Shown here in pieces: positions 17,848 to 29,034 of a DNA stretch of 43,913 nt. The stretch is from contig JACPKO010000038.1 of assembly GCA_016186985.1 (NCBI GenBank), forward strand, positions 1-43,913. Reading direction: 5' to 3'. The notes below the pieces were generated by a model that saw nothing but the letters and a program-made list of their open reading frames with translations, did no database searches and was not told the DNA's origin. Each line of letters begins with the position of its first letter. The first letter of the stretch is position 1. Position numbers and translations under genes: made by a program. Source of the stretch: Candidatus Daviesbacteria bacterium. Lineage in GTDB: Bacteria > Patescibacteriota > Microgenomatia > Daviesbacterales > UBA10151.

Positions 17848-18570
17848 TCATTTTCTATGACTCCAGTGCCAGGGTTCAAAAGTAATGCCATCAGGATTCC
17901 CCTTGGGATAAGATAAAACAAATCCATATCTTGAAGCATTCTGCAGAAGCCATAAATATTCATCTGTAAGCGCGAAACTTTCGTCAACACCTCCTTCACT
18001 AACACCGGTTTTGGGAGCCAAATCTATTGCCTGTCTTTCCGGAAAACCATGTTCACTATGACCAACAGCTGCAACCAATTTGAATGTGCGATCGATATCA
18101 AAATCAAATCTTTGAAAATAGTTCAGCAATGTAACTAGTTGAAAGGCGGGCGATCTATAACCTGATTCCACAACTAAACCTCTATCTAAATCGCGCTTAA
18201 TATGCTCGTTCATTGCAAGATAAGCCCGATGCGTTCTTTCCGGAAGGTATTGAGTCTCAATCGGCGTTTCCCGTTGCCCCTCCTGAGCATTTACCAAATA
18301 ACGCTGACCTCTAATAGGAACTAAATCTGCCGGAGGCGGCATTATTCCAAGATGAGAAGTAGCCACCCCGTGATTTTTAGGATCAATGGCTAAAATTCTC
18401 CCCACAAATTGTAATTCCTTGGCATTAAGCAGAGAATAGAGCTGATCAAATCCCATCCTAGCCGCTGCACTGTCAACCGGATCATCCGCTATCTGAACTC
18501 TTTCTAAAATAGAACTGACTGTCAATCGATCTATCCTTGCAATATTGAATCTCTTTCCTCGTTCTGTCAT
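17848..18570 (-). CDS. M15B (VanY-like) D,D-carboxypeptidase
   Basis: SGYRS, SEH..(x)..AID, GFVLSYP, FEPWHW. Confidence 0.9.
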   Translation of the reverse strand: MTERGKRFNIARIDRLTVSSILERVQIADDPVDSAAARMGFDQLYSLLNAKELQFVGRILAIDPKNHGVATSHLGIMPPPADLVPIRGQRYLVNAQEGQRETPIETQYLPERTHRAYLAMNEHIKRDLDRGLVVESGYRSPAFQLVTLLNYFQRFDFDIDRTFKLVAAVGHSEHGFPERQAIDLAPKTGVSEGGVDESFALTDEYLWLLQNASRYGFVLSYPKGNPDGITFEPWHWSHRK

Positions 18571-18576
18571 ACGAGA

Positions 18577-18605
18577 ATATTAAACTTATAGTAAACAAGA
18601 GTCAA
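18577..18605 (-). promoter_or_regulatory. Sigma70 promoter giving a probably leaderless transcript of the VanY-like gene
   Basis: TTGACT, 17-bp spacer, TAATAT, then ATG 6 nt downstream. Confidence 0.7.
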
Positions 18606-18691
18606 AAAGATGCGCCTAATTTTTTAACTATTAATAGTTTAGATTGTTCCAGAAAGCTAATTCATTTATTACTTATTTTGTCCAATTATGT

Positions 18692-18720
18692 TAGACATTT
18701 AATATATTCTGTGCTAAAAT
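18692..18720 (+). promoter_or_regulatory. Promoter for the TrmB-family regulator
   Basis: TAGACA, 17-bp spacer, extended TGcTAAAAT. Confidence 0.6.
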
Positions 18721-18734
18721 TATGTTTATTATTT

Positions 18735-19484
18735 ATGGATAAAATAATTCAGAAAACATTAGCAAGTCTAGGGCTTAATCCTAAAGAAATTAAGTTTTAT
18801 GAAACCTGTTTTAAATTAGGGCCGTCAACAGTAAATGAAATTGCTAAACAGTCCCGACTGCAAAGATCAACGGCCTACCTAATTGCCCAGGAACTAATCA
18901 AAAAGGGTTTTTTGCAGGAAGATTTAAAACAATATAAGAAAAAAGTATTCGCTCTAAATCCGGCTAAGTTACTACAAATGCTTTCCTCAAAACAAAGACT
19001 GCTAAGAAGGCAGGAATTAGAACTGGAGGAAGCATTGCCATCCTTACAATCCCAATATCAGTCTTCAGAAATAAGGCCGAAGGTAAAAGTTTTTGAAGGA
19101 AAAATGGGTCTTTTGCAAATCTGGAATGATATTTTATCAACAAAAGGAGAGATCCTATGTTGGACCAATCAGGAAACAGAAAATTTGGGAATAGGACTCC
19201 TAAACGATAAGTTTATCAAGGTGAGAATTAAAAAGGGGATAAGGATCCGGGTGCTTGCTGTTAATAACCCAAGGGGAATGCAACTTCCACCTAAAGATAG
19301 CCAATCCTTTAGAGTAACTAAAATTCTTCCAAAAGAAACTTTTTTTACAACTGAAACTTACATATATGATAATAAGGTGGCAATTTTGGATTACACAAAA
19401 GATATTATCGGAACAATTATTGAAAGCTTGCCGATTTCTTCCGCGCAAAGAGCAATATTCGAACTTTCCTGGACTCGCCTCTAA
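18735..19484 (+). CDS. TrmB-family transcriptional regulator
   Basis: LGLNPKEIKFY...EIAKQSRLQRSTAY..LIKKG wHTH; PKVKVFEG; IYDNKVAI; ATG at 18735 preferred. Confidence 0.88.
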   Translation: MDKIIQKTLASLGLNPKEIKFYETCFKLGPSTVNEIAKQSRLQRSTAYLIAQELIKKGFLQEDLKQYKKKVFALNPAKLLQMLSSKQRLLRRQELELEEALPSLQSQYQSSEIRPKVKVFEGKMGLLQIWNDILSTKGEILCWTNQETENLGIGLLNDKFIKVRIKKGIRIRVLAVNNPRGMQLPPKDSQSFRVTKILPKETFFTTETYIYDNKVAILDYTKDIIGTIIESLPISSAQRAIFELSWTRL

Positions 19485-19529
19485 ATTTATATCTTCTTTT
19501 TTTAGGCAATCTCTGTTACAAAGCTCTAT

Positions 19530-20004
19530 ATGCAGCCGGAGATTATTGTTTCTAAAAACAGGGAAGCTCGCGATCAAAAGATTTGGCAAATACTGGAAGG
19601 ATTTAAAATCAAGAGTGACAACCTGGATATTTTAGTATTCGATGATGAAAAGATTGGTATAGCGCAAATTAAGCAGTTAATAAAGCACCTCTCACTTATC
19701 AAGATGCCACATCGAAAGTTCAAAGTTCAAAGTTCAAAGTTCAAAGTTTGATATTGACAAAATTTTAAACGCTTCCATCGAGGAAAGGTTTGAGATCATT
19801 GAGAAAACTGAGGATAAAGAGAGGTTTTTAGAAAACTTGATTCAGTCATACCGCGAGAAAATAAACAATCCAGATGTCATTTCATATCAAACCTCCGAGA
19901 TTGGATTTTTGGAGGATTTATTGCAGGCACAGATTTGGAAGGAGTCAAACGTTAATATCCGGACTATTTTAGAATACCTTATGCTCAGATTAAAAAGTGA
20001 CTAG
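19530..20004 (+). pseudogene. holB: DNA polymerase III delta-prime (clamp loader) split by an internal deletion and frameshift
   Basis: First frame gives KIGIAQIKQLIKHLSL; a second frame from 19696 gives LSRC...NVNIRTILEYLMLRL to TAG at 20004; the NALLKTLEEPP core is absent. Confidence 0.75.
19715..19748 (+). repeat. (AAAGTTC)x4.9 heptamer tandem array
   Basis: Four perfect units plus AAAGTT, just after the SRC motif. Confidence 0.9.
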
Positions 20005-20042
20005 TTTGGATTATTCCAACAGTCTAAAATATGAATATTACC

Positions 20043-22103
<2,061 letters not shown>

Positions 22104-22114
22104 ACTGCGAAGAT

Positions 22115-23566
22115 TTAAATTTTATACCGCTTGCCAAAAGGTTTAACCAGACTTGGAGTCAACCAGAATTCAGGTTCGATCGCAACAGAGACGGGTTTTT
22201 TCTGTTCCCGCTCCTTTGCAACCATTTCTAAAAAGTCCCTTGTTATCTTCAGGTAGTTAAATTTATCTACATGTTCCAAACCTCTTTTGATAATTTCCTC
22301 ACGATTAATTTCACCTTTTAAAACCTGTGCAATTTTTCTGGCCAAATCTTTAGGATCAGAGTGCTTAGCATATAAGCTGTGTTCTCCAGCAGCTTCCGGT
22401 ACTCCACCCACCCTGGTTGTGAGCATTACACAACCTGAAGCCTGGTATTCTAACGCGCTGATACACAAAGTTTCAACAAAGGTTGGGGTAGGTTTTGTTG
22501 GAATTATCCCCAAGACTGACGATTGCATTAACGCCCTCTTTTTCTCGGGATCCAAAATTGCGCCTGTAAAATAAACATCAGTCAATTTTAGATCAGAGGC
22601 TAGTTTTTTTAGGTTATCCAGTTCAATTCCGTCTCCACCAATTACCAGGCAGGTTTTCGGGAAGGTTTTTTTTATCATGCCGTAAGCCTTAATCAAATCA
22701 TCTATGCCTTTTTCAGGAAATACCCTGCCAAAAGTGGAGATTATTTTGAAATTTGGATTTATTTTAAACTCCTTCTTAAAGTTTTTTATTGCTTTCATAT
22801 CTTTTTTCTTTAAATATTCATTCTCAACAGGAGCGTATAATACTTGCAGTTTTGAGGCTATTTGGCTGGACGCTTCCGGAGGAAGGATGATACTGGAAAA
22901 CTCAATAATTTTATCCTTTGCATATTTGGAAACAGCAAACATTAAATCACCCTCTAACAGCTGGAGCAGTAAAAACTTTCCCTGGCCATCCTCAAGATGA
23001 TTGGCTATAGAATTCAAAATATCTGACCCAATGGCTTTGTGGGCTGTAATTACTTCTTTATTAAGTATTTTTTTTGCATATAATTTCGCCTGATTGGCAA
23101 TATAAGCATGCGGATCAAGGTAGTATGTTGATAAAACATTAACCCCTTTATTTTGCACCAGGTTAATTACCCTTCCAATAAAAGCTTTAATCAGTTCACC
23201 GTCAAAAACTTTCACATCTGCTTGCGCTAGAGGGTTAATCCTGTGGATGTTTACGAATTTTTCTGATTTTTCCTTGAGTTTAAAATAATCATCAACTTTA
23301 GGCTGGTTGTTATGAAGCTCCACGGGCGTAAGCCCGTGGTTTCTTCTCAGCTTCACAGCTAAAGCTGTGTTATTTAAAGCATTAATCCTCGGATTTACAT
23401 CCGAGGTTTTCTGCTGTAGCTGATAAAGAGTTGGGTTATAAGTTACCTGGTGGTGTTTATAGCCGGTAATCTCAAATAAAGCTTTTGCCTGGTTTTTAGC
23501 TTCGGTTGAAGGACCTGATATATAGGGCGGATATTTACTTATGGTAGCAACTAATGGTTTTTTCAT
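22115..23566 (-). CDS. GT-B glycosyltransferase (GT4-like), divergent N-terminal domain
   Basis: FGRVFPEKGID, GGDG, ETLCISALEYQASG (Ex7E), VGGVPE. Confidence 0.85.
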   Translation of the reverse strand: MKKPLVATISKYPPYISGPSTEAKNQAKALFEITGYKHHQVTYNPTLYQLQQKTSDVNPRINALNNTALAVKLRRNHGLTPVELHNNQPKVDDYFKLKEKSEKFVNIHRINPLAQADVKVFDGELIKAFIGRVINLVQNKGVNVLSTYYLDPHAYIANQAKLYAKKILNKEVITAHKAIGSDILNSIANHLEDGQGKFLLLQLLEGDLMFAVSKYAKDKIIEFSSIILPPEASSQIASKLQVLYAPVENEYLKKKDMKAIKNFKKEFKINPNFKIISTFGRVFPEKGIDDLIKAYGMIKKTFPKTCLVIGGDGIELDNLKKLASDLKLTDVYFTGAILDPEKKRALMQSSVLGIIPTKPTPTFVETLCISALEYQASGCVMLTTRVGGVPEAAGEHSLYAKHSDPKDLARKIAQVLKGEINREEIIKRGLEHVDKFNYLKITRDFLEMVAKEREQKKPVSVAIEPEFWLTPSLVKPFGKRYKI

Positions 23567-23592
23567 TGTTTGCTTTTCGGGACTAAACGGGT

Positions 23593-23621
23593 ACTATAAC
23601 GGGTTTTAAACAAAGAATCAA
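23593..23621 (-). promoter_or_regulatory. Sigma70 promoter
   Basis: TTGATT, 17-bp spacer, TATAGT upstream of 23566. Confidence 0.55.
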
Positions 23622-23643
23622 CTAGCGAATATTGTGACTGAAA

Positions 23644-24756
23644 CTAAGAGTTCTTATCAAGAAGCCGGGTATAAAGGGCAATATATTCATTAATCATCTT
23701 CTCTTTTGTAAAATGCTTTTGGACATATTTCCTGCAAGCTGTTCTATCAATCTCTCCGATCCGCTTCACTGCCTCAACAAGTCCCTCAATTCCTTGTTTT
23801 TTTATTATCCACGATTCTTTATGCGGCCTGTCTTCATTATCGGGATCAATGACAAATCCGGTCACCCCATCTTTAACAACTTCAGATATTGCGCCCCTGT
23901 TATAAGCAATAACCGGAGTGCCGCAAGCCATTGCTTCAACCATAACCAAACCGAATTCTTCTTCAAGATGGGTCGGGAAAAGCAATGCTTTAGCATTTTT
24001 ATAAAGGGATATCTTTTCCTTTTCTGTAGAAGGACCTTTATACTTAACATTATTTGAAAAATTAGGTTTAATCTTCTCGGCAAAGTAAGTTTTGTGTTCA
24101 GGCCGGATAGGCTCTCCACCGGCAAGAATAAGTGGAAAGCCTCCGGCGTATGAAGCATCCATTGCATCTTTTATTCCTTTTGGCGGAACCATCCTGCTAA
24201 ACCATAAGATGTAGTCCTCCGATTTTGGAGAAAAAGGGAATAAGGAAATATCAATTCCATAATAAATTACTTCGCTACTAAATAGGCTATTTGATATTTT
24301 TTGGGCAGCTTTTGAAGCAAATACAACTACATCTTTGTTTTTTCTCTGGGTTTTTTCAAGAACTGACTTTAAGTTTGGGGATTTCCAGTGATGATTATGC
24401 ATTGTTGTTACAATTGGACAATCAGCAAAAGCAGAAAACCCCGAAAAAAGATAAAAATGGTAATAATTGTTGTGGATAATATCAAAATCCTTACTTTTTT
24501 CGATGACATTACCGGCTTGTAAAATTTGGTAAGGGATTCGTGTCTCCAAATCTCCCTCATATAAACCATTTGTTTGTTTTGAGCTACAAACTGAAATAAG
24601 TTTGGCGCGGGTTTTACTGTCTGAGGTTGCAAAAAGCGACACATCAGCCCCTTTATCTACTAACCCTTCCGTCAAAAGGTGGGCAAACATTTCTGTACCT
24701 CCAATACTCTCCGGCGAAATTGGTTTGAGTAAGCTTGCAACTATTGCTACTTTCAT
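23644..24756 (-). CDS. GT4 glycosyltransferase
   Basis: GGTE, SRMVPPKG, EEFGLVMVEAMACGTPVI, GVTGF. Confidence 0.93.
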   Translation of the reverse strand: MKVAIVASLLKPISPESIGGTEMFAHLLTEGLVDKGADVSLFATSDSKTRAKLISVCSSKQTNGLYEGDLETRIPYQILQAGNVIEKSKDFDIIHNNYYHFYLFSGFSAFADCPIVTTMHNHHWKSPNLKSVLEKTQRKNKDVVVFASKAAQKISNSLFSSEVIYYGIDISLFPFSPKSEDYILWFSRMVPPKGIKDAMDASYAGGFPLILAGGEPIRPEHKTYFAEKIKPNFSNNVKYKGPSTEKEKISLYKNAKALLFPTHLEEEFGLVMVEAMACGTPVIAYNRGAISEVVKDGVTGFVIDPDNEDRPHKESWIIKKQGIEGLVEAVKRIGEIDRTACRKYVQKHFTKEKMINEYIALYTRLLDKNS

Positions 24757-24818
24757 AAGGACGTATTATAACTCAAGGATCCCTTGATAATTAACTCGTC
24801 TTACACGAAAATAAGCTC

Positions 24819-26918
24819 ATGGATTTAGAAAATATAGCAGTTGTAGTTCTTGCCGCAGGCAAAGGCACAAGGTTTGGGGAAAGCTATACTAAGCTTCTCC
24901 ATCCTATATTCAGAAAACCCTTAATTTATTATCCAATCCAAAATCTTAAAAATTTGGGAATTAATAACATTATTACCGTTTTGTCTGACCCGAAAGTAGA
25001 AGACGAGATCAAAAAATACATAGAGTGCGATTTTGTGTATCAAAGGAAGCTTTTAGGCACAGCTGATGCTGTTAAACTGGCACTTACTAAATTTAGCTTT
25101 ACACCTTTAAGGTGGGAAGCTAAAACTGTGATGGTTATAAACGGTGACGACGCAACTCTTTATACAAAAAAAACGCTCGAGGAATTTTTAAGGTCCCACG
25201 AAGCAAACCGGACCGAAATAAGTTTAATGACAATCAAAACTCCAAGGGCGATGGAAGCGGGAAGGGTTATTCGCGATAAAAAAGGTAATTTTTCCAAAAT
25301 TTTAGAGTATAAAGAATATCTGGAATCGGGCACAGTAAGCAAGGAAATCAATTGCGGGGTTTATCTTTTTAATACAGATTTTCTGAGGAAAAATTTGCCA
25401 AAGGTGGAAAAATCCCAAAATGGAGAATATTATTTAACAGATCTATTAAATATTGCTAAAGAACAGGGAAAGAGGATAAATTTATTTGTTTTAAAAAACC
25501 ACTCAGAGTGGATTGGGATTAATGACAAAAAAGATTTAAAATATGCTGAAAACGTAATTTCAAAAAGGGGGTTAATTATGAAAGAAGAAAAATTACCTAA
25601 AAAGATAGTTCATTTCTTAGGTATTGCCGGCTCCGGCACTTCCTCTTGTGCTGCAATTGCTAGATCTTACGGATATACGATTTCTGGCTGTGATATTAAC
25701 CCAACCGATGAATTTACAAAACCTCTAAAAGGAGTTGATATTTTAAAGGGTCATTCTAAATCTCATTTGCAAAACGTAGATCTTTTGGTTGTCACCCCCG
25801 CAATTTTTTCATTGGATCCAAACAACGAAGAGCTTATTGAAGCCAAAGAGAGAAAGATGAGCAAAGCTCGCGGTCGAGACCCGCTTAAAATTTTAACCTG
25901 GCAGCAGTTTTTAGGTAGAAATTTGACAAAAGACAAATTTGTAATTGCCGTCTGCGGAACACATGGTAAATCAACAACCACTGCTATGATTGGGAAGTTA
26001 TTGGGAGATGCAAATTTGGATCCAACAATAATGCTCGGCGCAAACGTTAAAAAATGGGGTGGGAATTTCAAGATTGGTCATACTAAATATTTTGTTGTTG
26101 AAGCGGATGAGTTTAACGATAACTATATGTCTTTAACTCCGGATGTTTCAGTTGTGACAAATATTGAATTTGACCATCCCGAGTATTTCAAGGATTTTGC
26201 AATTTATAAAAGGTCTTTCCAGAATTTTTTGCATAAAACCAAAAAAATGATTCTGGCAAATTTGGAAGACAGTGGAACAAGAAAAACTTTACTTGAGGAA
26301 AACGCACAATATGGAATGTTTTTTAAACCAGTCTCAGATTATTCTAAGAATTTAATTGATTTTCCCCTAAAAGTACTTGGCAGTCATAACATCTTAAATG
26401 CATCTGCTGCATACCATGTCGGTGTTGCCTTAGGAATAAATCCAAAAGTAATTAAATCGAGTTTAAAAAACTTTGATGGAATAGACAGAAGAATAGAATA
26501 TCTCGGTAATATAAATGGCGCAAAAGTATATTCAGATTTTGGCCATCACCCAACTGAGATTAAGGTTACTGTGCAGGCTTTGAGACAAAAATATCACGAT
26601 CGTGAAGTTATTGTCCTATTCCAACCGCATATGTTTTCCAGGACCAAAGCACTATTTTCCGATTTTGTAGAAGTTTTCAGAAATCTTCCTGTTAAAAAAG
26701 CATATATCTTAGATATTTATCCCAGCAGGGAAATAGATACAGGACTTGTAGACAGTAAGCAGCTGGTTCAAGCAATAGGAAAAGAAAATGTCCAATACTC
26801 AAGAAACCTTAGCAAAACTTTCCAGGAACTCACTAACCAACTAACCAATCGCCATTTGGTAATTTTTATGGGGGCAGGGGATATAGATCAAAAAATAAGA
26901 TTAAAGATCAATGATTAA
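24819..26918 (+). CDS. murC: Fusion of GlmU-like uridylyltransferase domain and UDP-N-acetylmuramate-L-alanine ligase MurC
   Basis: N-terminal LAAGKGTR, LGTADAV, GEYYLTD, GIND; C-terminal HFLGIAGSG, GTHGKSTTT, EADE, DFGHHPTE, FQPH, MGAGDI. Confidence 0.9.
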   Translation: MDLENIAVVVLAAGKGTRFGESYTKLLHPIFRKPLIYYPIQNLKNLGINNIITVLSDPKVEDEIKKYIECDFVYQRKLLGTADAVKLALTKFSFTPLRWEAKTVMVINGDDATLYTKKTLEEFLRSHEANRTEISLMTIKTPRAMEAGRVIRDKKGNFSKILEYKEYLESGTVSKEINCGVYLFNTDFLRKNLPKVEKSQNGEYYLTDLLNIAKEQGKRINLFVLKNHSEWIGINDKKDLKYAENVISKRGLIMKEEKLPKKIVHFLGIAGSGTSSCAAIARSYGYTISGCDINPTDEFTKPLKGVDILKGHSKSHLQNVDLLVVTPAIFSLDPNNEELIEAKERKMSKARGRDPLKILTWQQFLGRNLTKDKFVIAVCGTHGKSTTTAMIGKLLGDANLDPTIMLGANVKKWGGNFKIGHTKYFVVEADEFNDNYMSLTPDVSVVTNIEFDHPEYFKDFAIYKRSFQNFLHKTKKMILANLEDSGTRKTLLEENAQYGMFFKPVSDYSKNLIDFPLKVLGSHNILNASAAYHVGVALGINPKVIKSSLKNFDGIDRRIEYLGNINGAKVYSDFGHHPTEIKVTVQALRQKYHDREVIVLFQPHMFSRTKALFSDFVEVFRNLPVKKAYILDIYPSREIDTGLVDSKQLVQAIGKENVQYSRNLSKTFQELTNQLTNRHLVIFMGAGDIDQKIRLKIND

Positions 26919-28287
26919 AGATTTCAAAAATAAAAAAATACTTATTCTGGGCCTTGGATTAAACGAGGGAGGTGTAGGTTCCGCTAAATTTTTTGCAAAA
27001 AAAGGAGCGGATATTTTGGTCACCGATTTAAAAAATGCTGATTCTTTAAAACCATCTCTTGAAAAATTAAAGGAATTTATAAACGTTAAATATCATTTGG
27101 GCGGTCACAAAAAAGAAGATATTGACTGGGCAGATCTCGTTATTAGAAATCCAGCGTTAAAACCTGATAACCAATTCCTAAAGTATGCAAAAGAAAAAGG
27201 GAAAAAAATTACAACTGACCTGGGAATATTTTTGGAATTTATAAATAGAAACCAAATTATTGGTGTTACCGGAACAAAGGGCAAATCAACAACGGCTTCA
27301 TTAATTTTTGAGGTTATAAAAAAGTTACACCTCGGAGGCCTGCCTGCCGGCAGGCAAGGTGTAACAAGAAAAGCAATCCTTACGGGGAATATCGGTAAAA
27401 GTGTTTTGGATTCAATCGAAGATATCGGTAAGGATACTTTAGTTATTTTAGAAATTTCCTCTTTCCAGCTGGAATCTTTTAATGATAAAAAAGTATCGCC
27501 AAAATATGCAGTTATAACAAACATCTACCAGGACCATTTAAATTACTACACTTCAATGGAGGAATATGTTGCATCTAAAAAATTAATCGCCATAAATCAG
27601 GACGAAAATGATTTCTTATTCGTTAATAAAGATGATAAACAAATAAACAATACTGAATTTTTATCCGGCATAAAATCACAAATTGTTTATTTTTCAAGTG
27701 ATGATTTACCTGCTGGTTTTAAACCGCTTCTTCCGGGCAAATATAATTTATCCAACTTTGCAGCAGCCCTTGCTGTTACAAAAAAATTGGGGGTGGGGGA
27801 AGATGTGACAATTAAAGTTTTTGGGAAGTTCAAGGGTGTGCCTTTCAGGATGGAGCTTGTAAAGGAATGGAACGGTGTAAAAATTTACAACAATACAACA
27901 GCAACCGCACCGGAACCCGCAATTGAATCTTTAAAAACTTTTCCAAATTCCATTTTAATTTGTGGTGGGATGAATAAGGGATTGGATTATGGAAAGTTTG
28001 CGCAAGCAATAGGAAAATATGCAAAAGAGGTTTATTTCCTGGAGGGTGATGCAACAGAAGCTCTCAGCAATCAGCTCTCAGCAATCAGCCAAAAAAAAGT
28101 CAGAGGGAATTATAATAATTTAACAGCTTTACTTGAAGCTGTAAAAAAAAGAGTGCAAAGTGGGGATGTAATTTTATCACCGCAGGTGATTCTCTTCTCT
28201 CCCGGCGCAACTTCCTTTAATTTATTTCAAAACGAATTTGATAGAGGCAGAAAATTTAATGAGGCAGTTGAAAGGGTTTTTGTTTAA
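26911..28287 (+). CDS. murD: UDP-MurNAc-L-Ala-D-glutamate ligase
   Basis: ILGLG, GVTGTKGKSTT, GNIG, LEISSFQL, DHLNY, FSPGATSF..F....RG..F. Confidence 0.95.
   Translation: MIKDFKNKKILILGLGLNEGGVGSAKFFAKKGADILVTDLKNADSLKPSLEKLKEFINVKYHLGGHKKEDIDWADLVIRNPALKPDNQFLKYAKEKGKKITTDLGIFLEFINRNQIIGVTGTKGKSTTASLIFEVIKKLHLGGLPAGRQGVTRKAILTGNIGKSVLDSIEDIGKDTLVILEISSFQLESFNDKKVSPKYAVITNIYQDHLNYYTSMEEYVASKKLIAINQDENDFLFVNKDDKQINNTEFLSGIKSQIVYFSSDDLPAGFKPLLPGKYNLSNFAAALAVTKKLGVGEDVTIKVFGKFKGVPFRMELVKEWNGVKIYNNTTATAPEPAIESLKTFPNSILICGGMNKGLDYGKFAQAIGKYAKEVYFLEGDATEALSNQLSAISQKKVRGNYNNLTALLEAVKKRVQSGDVILSPQVILFSPGATSFNLFQNEFDRGRKFNEAVERVFV
27324..27365. mobile_element. Nested palindromic mini-elements (42 bp, in frame in murD)
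   Basis: gttacacctcgg-AGG-[cctgcctgccggcaggca]-AGG-tgtaac; the outer part equals the reverse complement of 32396-32416. Confidence 0.8.
28059..28089 (+). repeat. TCAGCNN heptamer array (14-bp unit x2) in murD
   Basis: agctctcagcaatc agctctcagcaatc agc. Confidence 0.85.
28176..28190. repeat. 15-bp hairpin in frame in the murD C-terminus
   Basis: atcacc-gca-ggtgat; the protein reads DVIL-SPQVIL-FSPG. Confidence 0.7.
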
Positions 28288-29033
28288 TGTATATCAAACT
28301 AAACAATCAGGAAATTTATTATCAAAAGTTGGGGAGTGGCAAAGATCTAATTATGCTTCACGGATGGAAACAGGATGTTTCAACTTTTCACAATGTAGCG
28401 GAAGTTTTAAAAAAACATTTTACCCTTTGGCTGATTGATTTACCGGGCTTTGGAAGAAGTGAAGCCCCAAAAAAAGACTTTACGGTTTCAGATTATGCAG
28501 AAATTATTAAGGATTTTATTCTAGATAAAAAATTAAAATGGCCTAATCTTTTGGGGCATTCTGTTGGCGGAAATATCGCAATAAAGTTTGCATCCGAAAA
28601 CGGGGAATTAATAGATAAACTAATTTTAGAAAGTAGTTCGGGAATCCGTCCAAAGAAAACTTTTTTTAGATTTGTTCTTTATGTTAATGCGAAGGTCTTT
28701 AAGTACTTAGTTCCAAATTTCTTCAATATCAAACTGAAAGTTCGAAGATGGCTTTACTGGAAACTGGAATCCGATTATTTAAATGCGGGATTTTTAAAAA
28801 ATACTCTTACTAACATCTTGGATGAGGACCTTAGCAATGTATTAGGCCGGATAAAAAATAACACGTTTATAATCTGGGGAGAAAATGACGAACAAGTTAA
28901 ATTAAAATACGGAAGGATGATTTATAAGTTAATTCCAAATAGCAGAATAGAAATTCTGGAAAACACCGGACATTTTCCACATACCGGAAATCCAAAAATG
29001 TTTCTTTATTGGGTTATAGATTTTTTAAGTTAA
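28287..29033 (+). CDS. Alpha/beta-fold hydrolase
   Basis: LHGW, DLPGFG, GHSVGG nucleophile elbow, WGEND, GHFP. Confidence 0.92.
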   Translation: MYIKLNNQEIYYQKLGSGKDLIMLHGWKQDVSTFHNVAEVLKKHFTLWLIDLPGFGRSEAPKKDFTVSDYAEIIKDFILDKKLKWPNLLGHSVGGNIAIKFASENGELIDKLILESSSGIRPKKTFFRFVLYVNAKVFKYLVPNFFNIKLKVRRWLYWKLESDYLNAGFLKNTLTNILDEDLSNVLGRIKNNTFIIWGENDEQVKLKYGRMIYKLIPNSRIEILENTGHFPHTGNPKMFLYWVIDFLS

Positions 29034-29034
29034 T

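Noticed and set aside
18670..18697. dif site suggested by ttatgttaga
   Set aside because: No recognisable XerC arm; better explained as a promoter or operator
26832..26847. (ACTAACCA)x2 at the murC 3' end
   Set aside because: Only two units; too weak to assign to the repeat system
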